DNA of 64,000 bases from a virus (Duplodnaviria; Caudoviricetes). The DNA is taken from the IMG/VR virus record IMGVR_UViG_3300032335_001059, positions 22,814 through 86,813 of that record. One strand, given 5' to 3'. Shown piece after piece: positions 26,754 to 33,394 of the stretch. A model generated the notes under the pieces. It was given only the letters and a program-made list of their open reading frames with translations. It had not been told where the DNA came from and did not search any database. Position 1 is the first letter of the stretch, and each line of letters starts with the position of its first letter. The position numbers were made by a program, and so were the translations under genes.

Positions 26754-26906
26754 CAATATAAAGATAGTATTCATAAATGTGCGGTGGCTTTTTTCTTTTT
26801 GTTTTTCCTTCACGGAACTTCAATTGGAAACGGTCAGCAAGGCATTTCATATAACGTGCTAATACCCGATACTAATACACGCATATACAACAAAATAAAA
26901 AATAAA

Positions 26907-27155
26907 ATGGATTTAACTAACTACGAATTTAGGATTTACAATGGCAGAATTAAGGTCTGCTACAAAGGGGCTGTGATGTTTACCTTCAACCAAATAGACT
27001 TCTTGAGCTACTACTTTTTTAAAGATGATACTCAGCTGTATGGCATGACCCTACACTTCCTCAGAGAAAAGGCAGGAGGACATGAGATGGATGTCTATTT
27101 TAAAGATAAAGAAACTTGGCTAGCAGTTAATAAATTGTTAGACGAGAATATGTAA
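26907..27155 (+). CDS. Hypothetical protein with atypical (GC3-richer) codons
   Basis: Likely start ATG at 26907 after an A-rich leader; upstream in-frame sequence is repeat DNA. Confidence 0.65.
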   Translation: MDLTNYEFRIYNGRIKVCYKGAVMFTFNQIDFLSYYFFKDDTQLYGMTLHFLREKAGGHEMDVYFKDKETWLAVNKLLDENM

Positions 27156-27174
27156 AACAAATAAACATACGAAA

Positions 27175-27417
27175 ATGGAAAAAGAATCAAATAAAATGAC
27201 TGCGGTTGAATGGGTATTACAATATTTGAATAATGTAAAACCAAATGAATTTTGTTCAATAGAAAAAATAAAAGAACTTTTGGAACAAGCCAAAGAAATG
27301 GAGAAGGAGCAAATGTTTAATTCGTTTATGGCATTTGAATCTAATACTGAAGAAAACGAAAAGTTATTTGATGAATACTACAAAGAAACATACGGAGGTA
27401 ACAATGAGCAACAATAA
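27175..27417 (+). CDS. TAVEW/QAKEMEKEQ/YYxETYGGN family paralog 1
   Basis: 80 aa with three constant anchors. Confidence 0.75.
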   Translation: MEKESNKMTAVEWVLQYLNNVKPNEFCSIEKIKELLEQAKEMEKEQMFNSFMAFESNTEENEKLFDEYYKETYGGNNEQQ

Positions 27418-27655
27418 ACAACAGACGGCAGTTCAGTGGTTTATTGAGCAACTTGAACAGAAGGGAGATGCTTGGGAAAAAGTAAGCATTAGACAAATAA
27501 AAATATCAGTTGATGTTAGCGATTATCTTGACCTAAAAAGACAAGCCAAAGAAATGGAGAAAGAGCAGATTATGGATGCACATTATGCACCAAAATACGG
27601 ATGTTTTAATAAAGATTACTACAACGAAACATACGGAGGTAACAATGGGAAATAA
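27404..27655 (+). CDS. TAVEW/QAKEMEKEQ/YYxETYGGN family paralog 2
   Basis: Start reassigned to ATG 27404 at the end of the repeat (MSNNKQQTAVQW). Confidence 0.75.
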   Translation: MSNNKQQTAVQWFIEQLEQKGDAWEKVSIRQIKISVDVSDYLDLKRQAKEMEKEQIMDAHYAPKYGCFNKDYYNETYGGNNGK

Positions 27656-27776
27656 GCAGACAAAAAAAGAAGTTAATATAACTGAATATATTTATGGAGT
27701 AGCAATATTTATTATGCTATTTATTATGGTATTAGGTTCAATTTTATGGGTATTAGGATACGGAGGTAACAAATGA
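27645..27776 (+). CDS. Single-TM mini-protein ending in YGGNK
   Basis: Start reassigned to ATG 27645 at the end of the repeat. Confidence 0.6.
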   Translation: MGNKQTKKEVNITEYIYGVAIFIMLFIMVLGSILWVLGYGGNK

Positions 27777-27955
27777 TTAAACCAGAACCAACAATAGTAA
27801 CAATATCACATTATGGTAGAAAATTTACAGCAGAATTACCATGTGATTCATCAATAGGAGAAGTTTGCGATGCCTTAAAAGGCTTATTAAAAGCAGCAGG
27901 GTATGCAGATGAAACAGTTAACGAACATATTAAAGGTGAACATGACGATTTATGA
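27773..27955 (+). CDS. Small hypothetical protein
   Basis: 60 aa, ATGA-coupled at the repeat. Confidence 0.7.
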   Translation: MIKPEPTIVTISHYGRKFTAELPCDSSIGEVCDALKGLLKAAGYADETVNEHIKGEHDDL

Positions 27956-28013
27956 CAATAGGTATAAAGAAATTCACAAATACTACAACAAAACATACGG
28001 AGGTAACACATAA
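27942..28013 (+). CDS. 23-aa mini-ORF ending in YYNKTYGGNT
   Basis: Hand translation MTIYDNRYKEIHKYYNKTYGGNT*; may be a remnant. Confidence 0.35.
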   Translation: MTIYDNRYKEIHKYYNKTYGGNT

Positions 28014-28255
28014 TGACAAAAGTAATAATAATAGGGGAACAGCCCGAAAAAAAAGAATTAAAACCGATTGAGTTTGTGAAACGTTTAAATTATCATTTAG
28101 AATTTAGTTCAGGTTGCTCATCTCCAACAGTACGGGAGAACATTGAATTAATTTGTAAAAATTATGCTGCTAAATTTGATTTAATGTTCGCATTTGATGA
28201 AGATAGGAATAATGGCGTTTTATATCTTGGACACTTTAATGATGGTGTAGTATGA
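28013..28255 (+). CDS. Hypothetical protein
   Basis: 80-aa ORF. Confidence 0.7.
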   Translation: MTKVIIIGEQPEKKELKPIEFVKRLNYHLEFSSGCSSPTVRENIELICKNYAAKFDLMFAFDEDRNNGVLYLGHFNDGVV

Positions 28256-29256
28256 ATAACATAGATAAACAATACCAATTACTTTTACAAGATATTCTTG
28301 ATAATGGAATAGTAAAACAAGACAGAACTGGAACTGGTACAATTTCAGTATTTGGTAGACAAATACGTCATAAAATGAGTGAAGGATTTCCTTTACTAAC
28401 AACTAAAAAATTACATTTTAAATCAATAGTAGTTGAATTGTTATGGTTTTTACGTGGTGATACTAATATAAAGTATTTAGTTGATAATGATTGTAATATT
28501 TGGAATGGTGATGCTTATAAAGTTTATCGTGAAGCTAGACCAAATGATAAAGATGCTTACACTATAGAAGAGTTTGCAGAAGCAATTAAAACTAATCCTA
28601 TATTTGCTGCTAAATATGGTAATTTAGGTCCTATTTATGGTAAGCAGTGGAGAAGTTGGGAAACAAATGTTCATACTGTTATCGGTTTATTTAGTATAGA
28701 CCAAATCTCAAACCTAATCAACGACCTTAAAACAAACCCAGACTCAAGACGATTAATGGTTAATGCTTGGAATGTAGGTGAATTAGACCAAATGGTACTT
28801 CCACCTTGTCATTATGGATTTCAAGTTTATACAAGAGAGTTGAGTTTGGAAGAGAGATTTAATTTATATAATCAAAACGAAACAATCCATTTTGAGGAAT
28901 GTACTATGGGTATGTTGGATATGCATAATGTTCCTAAACGAGCAATCTCTCTAATGTGGAATCAGCGAAGTGTGGATACATTTTTAGGATTGCCGTTTAA
29001 CATTGCAAGTTATGGATTGTTATTAGAGATTATTGCAAAGGAAGTGAATATGATACCAGATGAGTTAATTGGTAACTTAGGTGATGTTCATTTATACAAT
29101 AATCATATTGAACAAGCTAAAGAACAAATTAGCAAAGAACCTTTTGATTTACCAACAGTTCACGTTAGAGATGGAATATTTTGTAGTTCAGTTAATGATG
29201 TTATTTTAGAAAATTATCAATCACACCCAACAATTAAAGCACCTTTAAATAATTAA
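28252..29256 (+). CDS. thyA: Thymidylate synthase
   Basis: DRTGTGT, FPLLTTKK, ELLWFLRG, SRRLMV, PPCH, QRSVDTFLGLPFNIASY, GDVHLYNNH. Confidence 0.98.
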   Translation: MNNIDKQYQLLLQDILDNGIVKQDRTGTGTISVFGRQIRHKMSEGFPLLTTKKLHFKSIVVELLWFLRGDTNIKYLVDNDCNIWNGDAYKVYREARPNDKDAYTIEEFAEAIKTNPIFAAKYGNLGPIYGKQWRSWETNVHTVIGLFSIDQISNLINDLKTNPDSRRLMVNAWNVGELDQMVLPPCHYGFQVYTRELSLEERFNLYNQNETIHFEECTMGMLDMHNVPKRAISLMWNQRSVDTFLGLPFNIASYGLLLEIIAKEVNMIPDELIGNLGDVHLYNNHIEQAKEQISKEPFDLPTVHVRDGIFCSSVNDVILENYQSHPTIKAPLNN

Positions 29257-29266
29257 ATTAAAAAAT

Positions 29267-29602
29267 ATGAATAGTAAAGATTTTAATGAAATCGTATTAA
29301 GACGATTAGATTTAGTTGAAGATATTTTAACTAAAAAAGCAGCAGAATATGCAGTTAATGATGATAGATTACATAACTTTAATAAAGCTGCTGCATTTAC
29401 AGGTAAATCTAGAGAAGAATGTTTATGGGGAATGGCTTTAAAACATTTAGTATCTGTTACAGATATTATTGATAAAATAAGCGTTGGACAATTACCTTCT
29501 AAACATTTATTAGATGAAAAAATTGGAGATTTAATAAACTATTTATGTTTATTAGAAGTAAGTATTACAGAAAAAATAGAAAACAATGAAAGAGTGGATT
29601 AG
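29267..29602 (+). CDS. All-alpha NTP-pyrophosphohydrolase-like (DUF1599-type) protein
   Basis: KAAEYA..RLHNF...KH....EKIGDLINYL. Confidence 0.55.
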   Translation: MNSKDFNEIVLRRLDLVEDILTKKAAEYAVNDDRLHNFNKAAAFTGKSREECLWGMALKHLVSVTDIIDKISVGQLPSKHLLDEKIGDLINYLCLLEVSITEKIENNERVD

Positions 29603-30092
29603 AGATATAACAATAATACTAGGAGTATTTATTTTAGGTTTGTTTGTAGGTTTAAAAAGTCATTACTACAATAAAGAATCAAAACAATTAGATGAAGTTT
29701 ATTGTATTACTGATAGTAATAATTTATGTAAAACTTTATATTTTGAAAAGCATAAAATTAGATTTTCACATATAGTTTATGCTCAAGCAATGTTAGAATC
29801 TAACAATTTTAAATCAAAACTTTGTAAAGAAAACAACAATATATTTGGAATGAAAGTTCCAGCTCAAAGATTTACATTTTGTAATAATCCTTATGATTAT
29901 GGAAATTACGCAAAATACGATAATATTGAAAGTTGTGTTTTAGATTACAAAGCTTGGCAAATGCAAAATGCTTATAATATTACTACTGAAGAAGGTTATT
30001 TTAATCTTCTTCGTAGTATATATGCTGAAGATACTGAATATGTTAACAAATTAAAAAAAATAATAGATGGAAATAAATCAAGAAATAATTAA
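29586..30092 (+). CDS. GH73-type glucosaminidase (peptidoglycan hydrolase) with an N-terminal TM
   Basis: AQAMLESNNF..L..ENNNIFGMK ... YAKY ... YAED..Y. Confidence 0.82.
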   Translation: MKEWIRDITIILGVFILGLFVGLKSHYYNKESKQLDEVYCITDSNNLCKTLYFEKHKIRFSHIVYAQAMLESNNFKSKLCKENNNIFGMKVPAQRFTFCNNPYDYGNYAKYDNIESCVLDYKAWQMQNAYNITTEEGYFNLLRSIYAEDTEYVNKLKKIIDGNKSRNN

Positions 30093-30357
30093 AACTATTC
30101 ACGATAGAAATGGATATTTTTACAATCTTCACAAAGCTTCAGAAGAATGCCAAGAATTAGGATTAATTCTTAATCAAAAATTACTTAAACAAGAAAAAGT
30201 TGCAGATGAAGCAATTATTAACGAAATTGGTGATGTAATTATTAGATTAGAAATACTTAAGTTAATGTTTGATAATGATAAAATTCAAGAAAGAGTTAAT
30301 TATAAATTAGCTAAGTTTGAAGAATATATTGAGCAAAATAGATATAATAAGATATGA
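30067..30357 (+). CDS. MazG-like nucleotide pyrophosphohydrolase
   Basis: EECQEL ... NEIGDV (ExxE/ExxD). Confidence 0.75.
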   Translation: MEINQEIIKTIHDRNGYFYNLHKASEECQELGLILNQKLLKQEKVADEAIINEIGDVIIRLEILKLMFDNDKIQERVNYKLAKFEEYIEQNRYNKI

Positions 30358-31133
30358 AAATAGCTATTCTTGATTGTGATTCAATAGCTTATACTATTGG
30401 TCATGGTAATAAAATACAAATTGATGAAGTTGATGGAGAACCTGTTTATCAAAGAGATGAGTTAGGAAGATTAGTTTACAATGATAAAACTGAAGAACAA
30501 CTAATAGAATCTTGCAATTTTGTTATAGGAGATATTTTAAACAAAGGAGGCTTTACTCATTATGTTGGCTATATTAAAGGTGTTAATACTATATCTCATA
30601 AATTAAATTTTAATCCAACTTATAAACAAGATAGAAAATTAGAACAACCTAAGTGGTGGAATTTTGTTAAATCTTATTTAGTAAACAATTATAATATATT
30701 TTTAGCTAATGATTTTGAAGTTGACGATTATGTTGTTTCAGCTTATAAATGTATTCCTAATTCTCATATTGTAGCTATTGATTCAGATATTCTTGCAACA
30801 ACAGGTACTCATTATAACTGGAGAAAAAATGAATGGGTAACTGTAACAGAAGACCAAGAAAGATATGCTTTTTGGAGTCAAATGATTACAGGTAATCACA
30901 ATAATATTAAAGGTTTAGCTAAGAAAGGTGCAAAATATGCTGAAGGTGTTTTAAAAGGTATAGATGTATTTAAAGATAATATAGCTTCTATAATGCTAAC
31001 AGAATATATTGACCATTATAAAGATATTACTTTAGCTATTGACGAATATTATAAAAATTATAAATCGTTAAAAGTTATAGATAATATAATTGTTGACAAT
31101 AATATAGTAAAAGAATGGGGATTTGATTTATGA
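30354..31133 (+). CDS. 5'-3' exonuclease / flap endonuclease
   Basis: ILDCDSIAY, YKQDR, EVDD, IDSD, ITGNHNNIKGL..KGAKYA. Confidence 0.82.
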   Translation: MKIAILDCDSIAYTIGHGNKIQIDEVDGEPVYQRDELGRLVYNDKTEEQLIESCNFVIGDILNKGGFTHYVGYIKGVNTISHKLNFNPTYKQDRKLEQPKWWNFVKSYLVNNYNIFLANDFEVDDYVVSAYKCIPNSHIVAIDSDILATTGTHYNWRKNEWVTVTEDQERYAFWSQMITGNHNNIKGLAKKGAKYAEGVLKGIDVFKDNIASIMLTEYIDHYKDITLAIDEYYKNYKSLKVIDNIIVDNNIVKEWGFDL

Positions 31134-31498
31134 TAGTTGATAATGAAGGTAATAAAATATTTTTAAAAGATAATAATATTTATCTTAAACTAGCAATTGA
31201 AAATTTTAACAGATTATTAGGTAAATTAAATAAAAATACTTGTTCATTACATGTTTATAGAAATTATGATAAACATTTGCATATATTAACAAATTCTTTT
31301 GGATTTAATTACGCATTATTGCATGCAGCTACTAAATTTAATAAAATAATATTAGAAACTAATAAGAATGAAAAATTTGATATACCTGTAAATTATATAC
31401 TATCTAAAGGAACTTTTTTATTTTTTAAAAATAAAGGTTTTGAAAAACAAATTTTTTGCACTTTAACTGAATTAGAAAATTTTAAAATAATAAATTAA
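31130..31498 (+). CDS. Hypothetical protein
   Basis: 122-aa ORF. Confidence 0.7.
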   Translation: MIVDNEGNKIFLKDNNIYLKLAIENFNRLLGKLNKNTCSLHVYRNYDKHLHILTNSFGFNYALLHAATKFNKIILETNKNEKFDIPVNYILSKGTFLFFKNKGFEKQIFCTLTELENFKIIN

Positions 31499-31906
31499 AT
31501 GGAACGTTTTTTAATTAGAAATGCAATGCAATGTTTAAATTGTAATGATGTAATAGAAAGTAAATATAGACATAATTACGTGACATGTAGTTGTGGCGGA
31601 TGTGCTACTGATGGAGGTTTAGATTATATTCATAGAGCACATCAAAATGGAATAGATTATGTTGAATTAGATATGTATTCTACTGACCCTCATTGGGCAA
31701 TAAGAGAATATGTAAAAAGATTTGGTTACGGTAAACCTGGTACTAAAGATTATGGTAAGTTTACAGTTACTTTATTAAAAAATATGACAGATGAACATTT
31801 AAATGCTTTGCTTACTTATTGTTTACCAAATAACATATATCTTCCTATTTACAAAAATGAAATAGAGTATCGTAAACAAAATAATATTAAAATAGATGAC
31901 CTCTAA
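31499..31906 (+). CDS. Zn-ribbon protein
   Basis: QCLNCNDVIESKYRHNYVTCSCGGCATDGG. Confidence 0.75.
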   Translation: MERFLIRNAMQCLNCNDVIESKYRHNYVTCSCGGCATDGGLDYIHRAHQNGIDYVELDMYSTDPHWAIREYVKRFGYGKPGTKDYGKFTVTLLKNMTDEHLNALLTYCLPNNIYLPIYKNEIEYRKQNNIKIDDL

Positions 31907-32156
31907 AAAAGATGAAGTATTATTAGAAATACTTAATAAACAATTATCTTATTTTAACAAAACTGTAGATGATGTTAAAAATAATGAAAAATGGTATGAA
32001 GAAAATTCTTTTACTGAAGAACAATATGAAGAGTGGAAAAACTTTAGCATAGAATTATTAAGGAAAAAACTTAAATTTAGTAAAACTTTTGCTATAAAAC
32101 AATTTTCGTGGATTAACTTAATGTGGGGATTTAAAATTAAAGAAAATGAGATATAA
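31896..32156 (+). CDS. Hypothetical protein
   Basis: 86-aa coupled ORF. Confidence 0.7.
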   Translation: MTSKKDEVLLEILNKQLSYFNKTVDDVKNNEKWYEENSFTEEQYEEWKNFSIELLRKKLKFSKTFAIKQFSWINLMWGFKIKENEI

Positions 32157-32331
32157 TTGTGCATTTACAATAGAAAAAGATGGAACTTTTGAACCTAAGT
32201 TTGAAGTAGTATCTTCAGAATCAAATAATAAAGATTATATATTAAATCTTATACAAAAAAAGTATAAAGGATTTAGTATTACTGTAAAATATATTAAAGA
32301 ATCTATAAACGGTAAACCTAATATACTTTAA
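32146..32331 (+). CDS. Hypothetical protein
   Basis: 61-aa coupled ORF. Confidence 0.6.
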   Translation: MRYNCAFTIEKDGTFEPKFEVVSSESNNKDYILNLIQKKYKGFSITVKYIKESINGKPNIL

Positions 32332-32981
32332 TGGAAATATATAAAACTTTATTTAATACATGGAGTGAAAAATTTTCATCTATAACTTCATCAACTATGT
32401 TTAGTGAATTAGGAAGTACTTTAGCTAAACTTAGAAAAATTCAAAAAGTTTATCCTGAAAGACAAAATGTTTTTAGATGTTTTAAAGAAACTAATATAAA
32501 CAAAACTGTTGTTATCGTATGGAGTGATGAACCATATGCTAGCAATGTTTCTGATGGATTAGCTTTTTCAGCAAATTCTTCTGTAACTCCTTATATTTTA
32601 AGTAAAATACATTCAGAAATAGAAAACCAAATGTATGATGGTTTAAAATTAAATTATGAAAACGATTTATCTTATTTATCTACACAAGGAGTTTTACTTT
32701 ACAATTCTAATTTGACTGTATCTGAATTTCATCATGATGAACTTTGGAAAAAATTTAATTACGAATTTGTAAACTTACTTAATTCTTTAGAATGGCCTAT
32801 TTATATAATATCAATGGGAAATTTAGCTAACGAATATACACAACTTATTAAAAACGATTACATTACTGTACAACAAATTAGTCATCCTTCTGCATCTTCT
32901 TGGAATGCTGATGATTGTTTTATAAAATGTAATGAGTTTTTAAAAAAACATTATGGACCTTTAATTGAAATAATATGGTAA
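32331..32981 (+). CDS. Divergent uracil-DNA glycosylase (family 1-like)
   Basis: VYP..NVFR.F, VVIVWSDEPY (where GQDPY is expected), GLAFS, QGVLLYNS.LTV, HPS. Confidence 0.78.
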   Translation: MEIYKTLFNTWSEKFSSITSSTMFSELGSTLAKLRKIQKVYPERQNVFRCFKETNINKTVVIVWSDEPYASNVSDGLAFSANSSVTPYILSKIHSEIENQMYDGLKLNYENDLSYLSTQGVLLYNSNLTVSEFHHDELWKKFNYEFVNLLNSLEWPIYIISMGNLANEYTQLIKNDYITVQQISHPSASSWNADDCFIKCNEFLKKHYGPLIEIIW

Positions 32982-33178
32982 TAGATATAATATTAGCAAT
33001 ATTTTTATGCTTGTTGTTTGTTAAACTTGCTATAAATACTTATGAAATAATAACTAATAATAATGATGTTAATGATTACGCATCTTTAATAATAGGAATA
33101 TTATTCTTTATGTTATTTGTAATAAGTATTTTTGCAATAATTTATTATGTAATATATACAATATGGATAGCAACTTGA
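32975..33178 (+). CDS. Small membrane protein
   Basis: Two TM segments. Confidence 0.65.
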   Translation: MVIDIILAIFLCLLFVKLAINTYEIITNNNDVNDYASLIIGILFFMLFVISIFAIIYYVIYTIWIAT

Positions 33179-33354
33179 TAAAAATAAAATTTTTTACAGA
33201 TACATCAGAATATACTCATACATTAGAAAAAAATGATATAGACGAAGTATTAGATTCTGTAGTAACTGGAATGAAAGTAGTAGGTTATACTAATAACGAA
33301 ATAAAAGAAGCTTTTAAACAAAAGTTTCTTCATGTTTTATTAAATAGTAATTAA
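33163..33354 (+). CDS. Hypothetical protein
   Basis: 63-aa last gene of the + strand block. Confidence 0.6.
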   Translation: MDSNLIKIKFFTDTSEYTHTLEKNDIDEVLDSVVTGMKVVGYTNNEIKEAFKQKFLHVLLNSN

Positions 33355-33387
33355 AAAAAAGAGAGTAAAAGCTACTCTCTTTTTTTT
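33353..33387. terminator. Bidirectional terminator at the convergent strand switch
   Basis: aaaaaaaagagagta/tactctctttttttt. Confidence 0.9.
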
Positions 33388-33394
33388 CTAACTA

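Larger units (their letters stand above)
26204..26855. repeat. Long imperfect terminal inverted repeats (26204-26279 / 26787-26855) around two ORFs
   Basis: gttatatgaagtgcc/ggcatttcatataac (14 of 15 match); ccaattgaa/ttcaattgg; gaaaaacaaaaagaaaaaa/ttttttctttttgtttttc. Confidence 0.8.
27376..28008 (+). repeat. Four copies of the gene-junction repeat tactacaa(a/c)(g/a)aaacatacggaggtaaca
   Basis: 27376-27403, 27617-27644, partial 27758-27771, 27981-28008; each is followed within 0-4 nt by the next ATG. Confidence 0.9.

Noticed and set aside
26026-26813. ORFs 26026-26253, 26396-26602 and 26529-26813
   Set aside because: Read through hairpin or repeat DNA, or are antisense to better ORFs; explained by the attC-like and inverted-repeat sequences.
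26856-26906. A complete third attC-like site after the TAAC at 26852
   Set aside because: I could not find a matching right arm and GTT; only the left core is supported.
27376-28008. 28-bp repeats as a CRISPR array
   Set aside because: Intervals are long and irregular (about 130-240 nt), they are open reading frames, the repeat is not palindromic, and no cas genes are present.
27175-28013. Diversity-generating retroelement TR/VR pair
   Set aside because: No reverse transcriptase in the window, and no long repeat pair differing specifically at adenines.
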